The notes beneath the pieces are model-generated. The model had not been told where the DNA came from, searched no databases, and saw only the letters and a program-made list of their open reading frames with translations. From Verrucomicrobiota bacterium (GTDB taxonomy: Bacteria; Verrucomicrobiota; Verrucomicrobiia; Limisphaerales; Palsa-1400): a stretch of 64,000 bases of DNA. Of this stretch, positions 20,655 to 29,266 are shown one piece after another (the first letter of the stretch is position 1; every line of letters starts with the position of its first letter). The stretch covers positions 166,429 through 230,428 of the forward strand of contig JBEKYR010000004.1 in the NCBI GenBank assembly GCA_049510745.1, given 5' to 3'. The position numbers and the translations under genes were made by a program.

Positions 20655-21217
20655 GCTTGGGGTCCTTTATTCTGTCTGGAGCGCTTGAAGATGCGACCCA
20701 CGGTTTTCCGGTCGCCACCCCGGGAAGGCAGCAAAGAAATCTTCCGTTTCTTGAGCATGGCTGGAAACTTCTCCACATCGTTCCTCCATTTCCCCGTGCC
20801 CAGTTTGTAGGCGACGACCATCCCCATCTCATAGCTGCGGCCAAACATTTCGACCGTCTTCAGAAAAGCCCGGTTAAACAGCGGCACATTGCCGGCTGGC
20901 CTGGATGCGCCGCGTTGAAGGGCCAGCAGGCGCAAGGCGTCAATGACCGCGGCGACATCAATCCCCATCGGACAGCGCGCCGAACAGATCTCGCACGAGG
21001 CGCAGGTCCAGATGAGATCGCTCTCCAAGAGCTCATTGCCGGCGCCCAGATGCAGTTGGCGCATCAGTTCCGACGGCCGCGACTTGGTCAGCTTGGCCAC
21101 CGAACAACCACTGGAGCATTTCTTGCACTGGAAGCAGACGCTCAGATCGACGCCGCAGATTTGTTCCACCGCGTCTTTCAAGCCGGATCCGGTTTTCTTT
21201 TTGATGATGGTCATCAC
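20651..21217 (-). CDS. hdrC: Heterodisulfide reductase subunit C
   Basis: CFQCKKCSSGC and WTCASCEICSARCP; overlaps the hdrB start. Confidence 0.92.
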   Translation of the reverse strand: MMTIIKKKTGSGLKDAVEQICGVDLSVCFQCKKCSSGCSVAKLTKSRPSELMRQLHLGAGNELLESDLIWTCASCEICSARCPMGIDVAAVIDALRLLALQRGASRPAGNVPLFNRAFLKTVEMFGRSYEMGMVVAYKLGTGKWRNDVEKFPAMLKKRKISLLPSRGGDRKTVGRIFKRSRQNKGPQA

Positions 21218-21231
21218 GGGAGGTTCTCCGG

Positions 21232-23862
21232 TTACTTGGCGGCCACCTCTTCGAGGCCCGCTTCGGCATCGTCGGTATTCTGCTCAACCAGGGCAGTCAC
21301 GCTGGCGGGAACGACCTTGCGATACACGGCGGCGGGTTCGCGCCTCCGTCCGTTTTCGGTCAAGAGGTGCTCGATGGTGATTCCGAACAGCCGCTGATTC
21401 TCCTCGAGCAGCGGCAGGATCAATTCCCAGTCGGCATTGGTCAATCGGGCAAACTTGCCGCCGTTTAACTGCTGCTCGACCAACGTTCGGTTCGGATCGC
21501 GGACGAAAATGGCGCCGCCGGAAGCCAGGGAGAATAGATTGCTGCCGGGATAAGGCTCCGGCAGCGGAACCAATTGGCCGTCGTCATCGAACTTGACGCC
21601 ATTCAAGATCACGAACCCGCCGCCGTTATGAGGGTCGCCCGCCATGAAAGACTCTGCCAGGTAATCCAGGCACGTGCCATTGATGATGACTTTGGGCCGG
21701 CCGACGGAGTTGATGAGCGGACGGCCGGCGGCGTTGCCGAGCACATAGACAGAGCCGCCTTTGGCGCCATACATAAAGGTTTGGCCCACGTCGCCGTGAA
21801 TGACCAGCTTGCCTTCCTTGATAATCTGGCCCAACTGGTCCTGCGCGTTTCCATGCACCGTAATCGTCAGCCCATCGATGCCGGAGGCCAAGTAGTCTCC
21901 ACTGCTGCCATACACATCGATGGTCACCTCCTCCGTATTAGGCCCCAGCCCGCACCCGAGAAATCGCTGGCCGATACAATTGAAGCTGATGAAGTGCCGC
22001 CACCCCATCATGTAGGCCTCCACGAGCAGGGCCGCGTCACAATGGTCGCCTTCCGGTGGAAAATGCGCGGTGTCGATCACCAGCGTGGTTTCGTTCTCCT
22101 GCGGTTTGCGCAGGTGCTGGCGGGACTCGAAATCGATGAGGCGAAATGCGCTCTTGCCGGCGTCTCTTGAGCCGATGTTGGGAAGATGGCTGAACAACTG
22201 GTTCCACTCGTTATGAATAATGTGGAGCAGATGGCTGCGCTTTTTGGCGCCGGTTGAGTAAATCCGGTCGTTGAGCAGGGTGAAAACCTCAATCGCAGTG
22301 GCGGTTTTGGACGGATCTTTCGCCTGCTGCGTGATCTGACGGCACGCCAGGCGAAACTCATCAAAGGTCCATTGCGGCAGACGCCCGCGCATCGTCTCAA
22401 AAATCTCCACGCTGTCGAGCTTGTCGAAGGACGCTGGCGCTCCCGGCGGCGGCAATTCCCGCGAAAAATCGCACGATTCCGTTCCTCTGGGCATGGGGAC
22501 CGGTTTGCCGAATTTGTCGGTGCATGTGATCCGCATCTTGCCGGCGGCATCCTTTTGCAAATTGAAAATAAAGGCCCCGCCATCGTTGTGACTGCCGCCG
22601 CGCGCGTTCCAGTACCGGTCCGCCACCGGGCAAATCCGTTCGTCGTCCTTCGACAAGCTTAACAGCGTGGCATCGATCGCTTGTTTTTCCGAACAAATCA
22701 GGCCCACCTGCACCTTGCCGTCGCAGAAAGCAAACACCTGCGGCCGAAGCATGGCGGTGTCGGTGATGCCCATCAACTGGAACTGCTTTTCCCGGGCGAG
22801 CGTGCGGGCGATGATGAAGAACCAGGGACCATCGGGCGACCCGTGCATATGCGTGGCCTGGATCGCCCGGTAGATCTTTCTTTTCTCCGGATCGAGACGG
22901 TCAAAGTCCAGTTCCGTCGTGGGCGCCAGCGCCTCGATGATATATTCCAGCGGATAGTGGTAGGTCCGGCTCAGCAAATCGAAGAGCAGGGCCGAGACTT
23001 CCGTGTCGGTGAGGAACTGGGGATAGATCTGACGCTGCTTGAGGTACTCGCTGACGGAATGGTAATTGGCAAAGTCGCCGTTATGCACCAGGGCCATGTC
23101 AATGGCCGCAAACGGATGGGCGCCGCCCGGGTGCCAGACACGGCCCTTGGTCGGGAAACGTTGGTGGGCAATCCATTCGTACGCGCACAGGTCCTCAATC
23201 TGGTAGTACTTGACGATCGCTTCGGCGAACCCGACGACCTTGAGGATCATGATGTCCCGCCCATGCGAGAGCACGAAGGCCCGTTTCTCCCCGAGCGACG
23301 CGTAGTATTTCTGATTCAGGCTGAAGCTGTTCTGGTTGACAAACTCGGCTTCCGCTTCCTCGCGGCCCAGCGCCTGCAGATGGTTGCGGGCGATGAACGC
23401 GTCCAACACCTTCGGTTTTGCGCGCACAAAATAGCGGCTGACCGCCGGTGGCATCACCTCCAGCCCCGGCACGGACTTCCAGTCTTGGAGCTGGTCGAGT
23501 TGGCCGGTCGCGGCGATGTCGAAGTGCGGGGTGATGAACTGCGCCTCGATTTCGGGCCGCACCTTGGGGTCGATGAACGCCAGGTGCAGCAGGTAATGGC
23601 TATCAAGGACTTCGCGGCTGACCCCAAGCTGCTCGGGGACCAACCCCACCGCGGCGATGCCGCCTCCCTTTCCATTGCCCCGGTTGTGCATCTGGCGGGA
23701 CGGTTCATAGATATGCTTGCCCGGCACAGGCTCGCTGCAACAGAAACCCACGACCCCGCAGCCCCCTTCCTCGGCTTCCTTCTTCAGGCTCGAGGCGTGG
23801 TTGAGAGACTGGGCCAGCCGTCTTCTGGAATCGGTCAGGCGCTTTATCAATTGACCGTTCAT
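21232..23862 (-). CDS. Class II glutamine amidotransferase + GXGXG domain protein (split glutamate synthase-like subunit)
   Basis: EGGCGVVG Ntn Cys, HNRGNGKGGG, AHQRFPT, HPF, HNGDFAN, TDTE, DGPW; C-terminal GXGXG beta-helix; ATGA overlap with the upstream gene. Confidence 0.85.
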   Translation of the reverse strand: MNGQLIKRLTDSRRRLAQSLNHASSLKKEAEEGGCGVVGFCCSEPVPGKHIYEPSRQMHNRGNGKGGGIAAVGLVPEQLGVSREVLDSHYLLHLAFIDPKVRPEIEAQFITPHFDIAATGQLDQLQDWKSVPGLEVMPPAVSRYFVRAKPKVLDAFIARNHLQALGREEAEAEFVNQNSFSLNQKYYASLGEKRAFVLSHGRDIMILKVVGFAEAIVKYYQIEDLCAYEWIAHQRFPTKGRVWHPGGAHPFAAIDMALVHNGDFANYHSVSEYLKQRQIYPQFLTDTEVSALLFDLLSRTYHYPLEYIIEALAPTTELDFDRLDPEKRKIYRAIQATHMHGSPDGPWFFIIARTLAREKQFQLMGITDTAMLRPQVFAFCDGKVQVGLICSEKQAIDATLLSLSKDDERICPVADRYWNARGGSHNDGGAFIFNLQKDAAGKMRITCTDKFGKPVPMPRGTESCDFSRELPPPGAPASFDKLDSVEIFETMRGRLPQWTFDEFRLACRQITQQAKDPSKTATAIEVFTLLNDRIYSTGAKKRSHLLHIIHNEWNQLFSHLPNIGSRDAGKSAFRLIDFESRQHLRKPQENETTLVIDTAHFPPEGDHCDAALLVEAYMMGWRHFISFNCIGQRFLGCGLGPNTEEVTIDVYGSSGDYLASGIDGLTITVHGNAQDQLGQIIKEGKLVIHGDVGQTFMYGAKGGSVYVLGNAAGRPLINSVGRPKVIINGTCLDYLAESFMAGDPHNGGGFVILNGVKFDDDGQLVPLPEPYPGSNLFSLASGGAIFVRDPNRTLVEQQLNGGKFARLTNADWELILPLLEENQRLFGITIEHLLTENGRRREPAAVYRKVVPASVTALVEQNTDDAEAGLEEVAAK

Positions 23863-25427
23863 GAGGTTTTCGCCGCGTCGTTGGTGTAATCCAGGTGCAT
23901 CATCAGGTCGGTGCGTCCGCGCAACTCGCTCACGCTGCGCAGGCCGAGGCGTTGCAGAATCGAGACGAGCACGTTGCGCCAGGCGCTGTAAAGGTTGACC
24001 AGCCGCTGCGTGCCCCAATCGATCTGCATCTTCTCGGAAAGCTCGGGGTCGGTCGTGGCAATGCCGCGCGGACAACCGCGTCCGCTCTCACATCGGCCGC
24101 ACCGCACACAACCCAGCGCCACCAATTCCGCCGTGCCGATGACCGCTCCATCGGCGCCCAGGGCGATGGCCTTGGCCACATCGTAGGCCGAGCGAATGCC
24201 GCCGCTGGCAATCAGGACCACCTTGTCCCGGACCCCTTCATCGGCCAGAAAACGGTGGACCTTGCCAATGGCGTATTCGATGGGCATGGCGATGTTCTTC
24301 TTGGCGATGTCCGGCGCCGCGCCGGTCCCGCCGTAGCCGCCGTCAATGTGGACGATGTGAGTGCCCGCGGAGTAACTGCCCACCGCGACCATATCCACGT
24401 CCGTCGGGGTGGAGACCTTCGTCGAGATCAAGGCGCGCCGGTTCACGTGCTTGACCCAGTCGATGTGCTTCATGTGGTCTTCGATGGAATAGACGCTGTG
24501 GAAGGGGAACGGGGAAAAGAGCGAGAAACCCACCACCGCCTCCCGCATCCGGGCCACACTGAGCGTCACCTTGTCGCCCAACAGGTGCCCGCCCAATCCT
24601 GGCTTGGCGCCCTGGGCGTACTTGAACTCCACAATCGGCACACGCTGGATGGTCTCTTCGCGCACGCCGAACAGGCCCGTCGCCACCTGCGTAATGACAT
24701 GGTCGTCATAGGGCCGCATCCGCTCCATGTAGCCGCCTTCGCCCGTGCAGGTGAAGGTATTGAACGCGACCGCCGCCCGCGCTTTGGACAACTGGGTGAC
24801 ATTGCTCACTGACCCGAAGGACATGCCGCCGCCATACCAAGGCACATCAATCGTGAGCTTGGGCCGGCCATCGTCGCGCTTATTGAGCAGGAGGCGGGTG
24901 TCGATTTGCTCCGGGCGCAGGGCTACAGGCGGTCGAGCGGGGAATTTGAAGCGGAGCCGGTCGAACCCTCCGCCGGAACGGCCGCACTCATAATCGTAGT
25001 CGTAGTCTGCCGGCGGCACGTCGCCGGTTTCCGCCATCCTCCAGGTCGCCAGGATCAGATCGCTCGACCAGCGACTATCGCCCAGGGCCTGGCACATCGG
25101 ATTCTCCCGCACCTGCAGCGCTCCCTGGGGGCAAAGCGACACGCAATAGCGCCCGGTCTTCTCACAGGCCGGTCCGATGCACAAGTGATGGAGCGGCTCG
25201 CCGAAGTATTTGTAGCCGGGGTTGCGCACGTGGACCTGGAAGGAACAAACCTCCGCGCACTTCCCGCAACGCCGGCAATCCTGGCTGCGATGGACAATGT
25301 ACTTGGCGATCTCATTGCGGTAGCGCGACGGCGCCGGGCGGGTCACTCGCTCGACTCGTTCCTGCGGTACGCGGGTCTTGAGCGTGTTCTCGGGCAGCAA
25401 GTCTTCAATGCTTCTTTCTGGTGCCAT
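23859..25427 (-). CDS. Glutamate synthase FMN-binding subunit with N-terminal ferredoxin
   Basis: GMSFGS, TGEGG, QVATGLFGV, KYAQGAKPGLGGHL, DGGYGGTGAAP, ASGGIRS, CVRCGRCESGRGCP. Confidence 0.9.
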   Translation of the reverse strand: MAPERSIEDLLPENTLKTRVPQERVERVTRPAPSRYRNEIAKYIVHRSQDCRRCGKCAEVCSFQVHVRNPGYKYFGEPLHHLCIGPACEKTGRYCVSLCPQGALQVRENPMCQALGDSRWSSDLILATWRMAETGDVPPADYDYDYECGRSGGGFDRLRFKFPARPPVALRPEQIDTRLLLNKRDDGRPKLTIDVPWYGGGMSFGSVSNVTQLSKARAAVAFNTFTCTGEGGYMERMRPYDDHVITQVATGLFGVREETIQRVPIVEFKYAQGAKPGLGGHLLGDKVTLSVARMREAVVGFSLFSPFPFHSVYSIEDHMKHIDWVKHVNRRALISTKVSTPTDVDMVAVGSYSAGTHIVHIDGGYGGTGAAPDIAKKNIAMPIEYAIGKVHRFLADEGVRDKVVLIASGGIRSAYDVAKAIALGADGAVIGTAELVALGCVRCGRCESGRGCPRGIATTDPELSEKMQIDWGTQRLVNLYSAWRNVLVSILQRLGLRSVSELRGRTDLMMHLDYTNDAAKTS

Positions 25428-26802
25428 AAAGCTTTCCGAACGTTTCCTCCTCAAGTTGCTCGAAGAACATGGCGCGGCCGACATCGCCGCGCAGCCGGCG
25501 CGCCTCGCGCATGCCCATGGCCCCCATCACCTCGATCAACTGGTCGTGCCAGGCGGCGATGAGATTCGTCATGCGGCCCACGGCGAAATCGCGATCGACG
25601 GTCTCGAGCTTGGCCGGACACGGCTGGCCCGGTTTGCAACTCTCGCACAGATGACATTCCAGCGCAATGAGCAACGGCAGATTAATGGTCACCAGGTCCG
25701 CGCCGCATATAATGGCTTTGGCCAGGTGTTCCGGCAGCCCGATGCCGCCCCCGGCGATGAGGGTGATCTCGTCCCGGATCCCTTTCTCGATGAGGGCGGT
25801 ATGGATCTGGCGGAGCATGTCCTTCACAAAGCGCGGCGATGGCGCGCCGATTTCGTTGCCGTTGGCGTCCGCCACGACATGAATCGCCTCGACCTCCGGC
25901 AACTCGGCCAGCTCGATGGCGCGTTCGAGGCCCGTAGCGGTCAACTCGACCCGGATCGCGGCGACGATCTGGGGGTGGATCTTCTTGATCGCCTTGATGC
26001 GTTCGATCACCGCGGGGCTGTCCGCGATCTCCACCAGCCGGGTCTTTCGCAGCACCTCGGCCGGCACCGGGGGACTGTCCGGACCCAGATAAAACGCGAT
26101 ATGACGCAGGTGCTGCTCGGTGGCCGGCTGGTGCCGGGCATCCAGGATCGCGATCAAGTCGGTCGCCGCGGCGGTCTGTTCGATCACGGCATCGAGCTGC
26201 GGCAAAGTATGCGCCGGCGAACTCAGATCGAGGATCAGCGGCATCGGGATCGACACCAGGGGAGGCAACTCGGTCGTGACGCGCCTGCCGTCCAGGGCCA
26301 GGAATGGAGGCTTGCGCCCGATATCAACGGCCGTGCTGATGTATTCCCGGCCATGAATCCCGTCGCGCGTCGGACGAACGATTTCGGACATGTCCGTCCA
26401 CATCGAGTCGAAACCCGGGCCGGAAAACGCTCCCCGGTAGCCTGCGCCCGAGACCGGGATCTTCGCGGTTTCGGCCTGGAGCCAGGTGGTTTTGATGAGG
26501 TCCGGTTTCCAGTAGCTGTTCCCGAGGCCTTCATAAACGGGATTGAGGGACAGGCACAGGAGGCCTTTGGTGCAATCCTGCACGCACGAGAAACAGCCCA
26601 TGCACTCGAAGAACAGCGCCTCGACCGCGCTCAGGTTGCGAATATACTCCGCCTCCTGCCGGTAGCGGTCATAGACGCAGGCCTTCTTGACGCAGTTATG
26701 GCACCGGGCGCAGTCCTCCCGCCAGTCCACCACGCCATGTTTGCCGATGCGCGGGCCTCGCGGCGGCACCGGCCGTGTCTTGATGTGATATTTTTCCGGC
26801 AT
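25405..26802 (-). CDS. Degenerate paralog of the glutamate synthase FMN subunit with Fe-S motifs
   Basis: CARCHNC and CMGCFSCVQDC; AETAKIPVSGAGY; IAGGGIG; CHLCESCKPGQPCP; lacks GMSFGS and QGAKPG. Confidence 0.8.
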   Translation of the reverse strand: MPEKYHIKTRPVPPRGPRIGKHGVVDWREDCARCHNCVKKACVYDRYRQEAEYIRNLSAVEALFFECMGCFSCVQDCTKGLLCLSLNPVYEGLGNSYWKPDLIKTTWLQAETAKIPVSGAGYRGAFSGPGFDSMWTDMSEIVRPTRDGIHGREYISTAVDIGRKPPFLALDGRRVTTELPPLVSIPMPLILDLSSPAHTLPQLDAVIEQTAAATDLIAILDARHQPATEQHLRHIAFYLGPDSPPVPAEVLRKTRLVEIADSPAVIERIKAIKKIHPQIVAAIRVELTATGLERAIELAELPEVEAIHVVADANGNEIGAPSPRFVKDMLRQIHTALIEKGIRDEITLIAGGGIGLPEHLAKAIICGADLVTINLPLLIALECHLCESCKPGQPCPAKLETVDRDFAVGRMTNLIAAWHDQLIEVMGAMGMREARRLRGDVGRAMFFEQLEEETFGKLYGTRKKH

Positions 26803-26814
26803 GCGTTCTTCCGG

Positions 26815-27717
26815 TCACGACAGCCCGGCGGCGGCAAGCAACTCCGGCACCACGGCTTCTTTGCCACCCGAGAGAATATGAATTCCGCGCACACCTTCCA
26901 TCGTCTTCAGTTTCTTGATGGTCTCCACACACATCGCCCGGCCGATCTTCCCGGCGCCGTTGCCGGCGGCGGGGAGCTTTTTCGTCACTTCGTCGGGCAC
27001 GTAAAAATCGGGATGGGTCTCGCGCAGCTTCTGGGCCTCCGCTGCGCTTTCCAGGGGGAACACGCCGGCCAGAATCGCGGCCTTCTTGGTGAACCCCGCC
27101 TGGCGAACGGCCTCCAGCCATTGGCTGAACGCGTCGAGGTCGAAGACCGCATGGGTTTGAATGAACCGGGCGCCCGCCTCGATTTTGCTGTAGAGCCTGA
27201 GCAGGTTGAGTTCGAGCGGCTTCAGGAAGGGGTTGGCCACCGCTCCCACCAGCATCGAGAACGGCCCGTCAATCTTCGTCCCGTCGGCCAGCAGGCCCTG
27301 CTCGCACATCCGGGTGGTTGTCTCGACAAACTGCGTGGAATCGATGTCGAAAACGTTGGTGGCTTCCGCACAGCCGATGAGCGTCTGGTGATAGCCGGAC
27401 AAACAAAGCACATTCTTGATCCCGAGGCTGGCGGCTCCCAGCAAATCCGACTGGAGGGCGATGCGGTTCCGGTCACGGGTGACCATTTGAAGGACCGGCT
27501 CGAGGCCCATTTTGAGCGCGACGACCGAGGCGGCCAGGGAGGACATCGCCACCCCGTGCTGGTTGTCGCCCATGTTGACCGCTGTGAGCTTGCCGCCCAA
27601 GGATTTCAAGGCCGCTTCCGTGGCGGATTGAGTCGCCGTGGTCCGCGGCGCGTGCTCGGCGGTGAGGATGAACTCTCCGTTGTCGATTTTTCCGGCGAGT
27701 TGGCTGTCCACTTTCAT
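26815..27717 (-). CDS. metF: MetF-like flavoprotein (methylene-THF reductase family) with a variant active site
   Basis: FILTAE, EPVLQMVTRDRNRIALQSDLLGA, SKIEAGARFIQT, GIHI. Confidence 0.85.
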   Translation of the reverse strand: MKVDSQLAGKIDNGEFILTAEHAPRTTATQSATEAALKSLGGKLTAVNMGDNQHGVAMSSLAASVVALKMGLEPVLQMVTRDRNRIALQSDLLGAASLGIKNVLCLSGYHQTLIGCAEATNVFDIDSTQFVETTTRMCEQGLLADGTKIDGPFSMLVGAVANPFLKPLELNLLRLYSKIEAGARFIQTHAVFDLDAFSQWLEAVRQAGFTKKAAILAGVFPLESAAEAQKLRETHPDFYVPDEVTKKLPAAGNGAGKIGRAMCVETIKKLKTMEGVRGIHILSGGKEAVVPELLAAAGLS

Positions 27718-28517
27718 GCCACCATGCGTTCCGGTGTGTTCATCGCACCGCCGGGGGTGAGATCCGGCGGCAGTCTTCTGACCTGTTCGATGAACTGCTT
27801 GATTTCGTTACAGGCCTGCTGGGCGCCTCCTGCCGCGCACTCAATGACGGCCATCCGTCCCGCCCCGAATCCGATTTCCTCGAGCAACGATTCGACTGCC
27901 TGGGCGCGCCTATGGGCGCGCAGGCTGCCCTCGAAGTGACGGCACTCCTTCGTCTTGCAAGCCACAATTACCACGCCGTCCATGCCCGTTTCCAGGGCTT
28001 TAACCAGGTAGGGCACATCCACCTTTCCAGAGCAGGGCAGACCGATGGTCTTGACCGTGTCTCCGCCCAGATCTCCCCAGGAACCGGCCACCCGGCCCGC
28101 GTCCAAATTGTTCGAGCAGTAAAAGACGCAAGTCTTTAGGCGGCGCTTGTCTCCCCTGGCGGAGAGGGCTGGGGAGAGCTGGCCGCCCGGTTCCACATTC
28201 GGATTCCGCAACCGGTTCACGCACCGCTGGAGGACCGACACATCCTGCCGACACGCGGCCAATTCCTCAGCGCCCATGAGCCCGTCTTTGGCCATTTGGC
28301 AATGCAGCGCCTCGACGAGGGCGATGACTTCGCGCAGCGCGGCTGATTCGTCATCCACAGCGGAGCAGGCCTCCTCTAAACCCCCGCAGGCCAAATCCAT
28401 TCTTATGATCTCGTCCCACACCGCATCCAAGGTTGCGTGCAAGGCGAAGAGCAAACGCGGACAACTCGCTTCGATAGCCCTCAAGTGCTCATCGACAGTC
28501 GGGTCAAGCTTGCTCAT
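27714..28517 (-). CDS. MvhD-like [2Fe-2S] domain protein with ~125-aa helical N-terminal extension
   Basis: FYC, LPCSGKVD, GMDGVVIVACKTKECRHFEGS; overlaps the metF start. Confidence 0.8.
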   Translation of the reverse strand: MSKLDPTVDEHLRAIEASCPRLLFALHATLDAVWDEIIRMDLACGGLEEACSAVDDESAALREVIALVEALHCQMAKDGLMGAEELAACRQDVSVLQRCVNRLRNPNVEPGGQLSPALSARGDKRRLKTCVFYCSNNLDAGRVAGSWGDLGGDTVKTIGLPCSGKVDVPYLVKALETGMDGVVIVACKTKECRHFEGSLRAHRRAQAVESLLEEIGFGAGRMAVIECAAGGAQQACNEIKQFIEQVRRLPPDLTPGGAMNTPERMVA

Positions 28518-28570
28518 AATGCGTTATCCGAGACTTCAACTCATGCGCAATGATTTACTGGCGCGCGGGC

Positions 28571-28599
28571 ATTCTGCGCGAGCAACGCCCACCCGTAAA
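28571..28599 (-). promoter_or_regulatory. Possible sigma70 promoter of the redox operon
   Basis: TTTACG-17 nt-CAGAAT on the minus strand, ~55 nt upstream of the first ATG. Confidence 0.3.
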
Positions 28600-28662
28600 G
28601 GAAAAACGTCCGAGCCCTGCAAACATGAAAGAACGCCCGGAAACATTGTTGGCCCTGCTCTT

Positions 28663-28702
28663 TATCAGTTGGTCGTGGGTTCAACTCCCCGCCGGGGCAC
28701 CA
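28663..28702 (+). mobile_element. Displaced tRNA 3' half (probably tRNA-Lys-like); attR-like island boundary
   Basis: TATCAGTTGGTCGTGGGTTCAACTCCCCGCCGGGGCACCA has a T-loop, acceptor 3' strand and CCA end, but no D-arm or 5' acceptor strand upstream. Confidence 0.7.
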
Positions 28703-28825
28703 TCTCATCAACCACTTGCGAAAGCTCCCGGTGTTACTGACCCGCCGAGTAGTATCAGATTCTGTTGAGGACGATATTCGGGGCGAAACGATGAAAGATT
28801 GACGCGAACTTCATGGAAAGATGAA

Positions 28826-28861
28826 TGTCGGTTTAGTTAACATTTGTCGGTTTAGTTAACA
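28826..28861. repeat. Perfect 17-bp direct repeat x2
   Basis: TGTCGGTTTAGTTAACA at 28826 and 28845. Confidence 0.9.
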
Positions 28862-29024
28862 CCTTTGGCGGGCTGGACTGGGGCGGATGGCGGCAAGGTT
28901 TGAATTGGATCATGTTTTATTTCAGCCACTTACATTGGTTCTGTCCAATTTCTGGTCACCTTGGCTCGAATCTAGCTGGAAGAAAGCAGCGATGCGCGAA
29001 ACAGATTGAGTCAACGAATTTGTT

Positions 29025-29258
29025 ATGAAAAGTTTCAGCATTCACGAGTGGGCAGGGGTGATTCTGCTGGTTTCGAGTGGTTTTTCCCTCGCCAACGGTT
29101 CGCTGGTTGCGGCAGACCCGCCGACCCTCTTTCTGGCGGGCCTGACGGTAGCGGGCATGTTTACTTGTGAGTATTTGCTGAGAGGCTGCCGCTGCCGCTG
29201 CCGTTGCCGCCGCCGCCCCCCGGCTCGGCTCGTTGTCGGCGGGCATTGGCGAAATTGA
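29025..29258 (+). CDS. Possible small membrane protein with a Cys/Arg-repeat tail
   Basis: 77-aa ORF, two hydrophobic stretches, tail encoded by GCTGCC repeats; no family recognised. Confidence 0.25.
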   Translation: MKSFSIHEWAGVILLVSSGFSLANGSLVAADPPTLFLAGLTVAGMFTCEYLLRGCRCRCRCRRRPPARLVVGGHWRN

Positions 29259-29266
29259 TTTCCTTT

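Noticed and set aside
14172..28517. Selenocysteine recoding in Hdr/MvhD subunits
   Set aside because: All ORFs are uninterrupted, with Cys at the usual positions
28620..28702. Complete tRNA gene
   Set aside because: No 5' acceptor strand or D-arm, and the T-stem is mismatched
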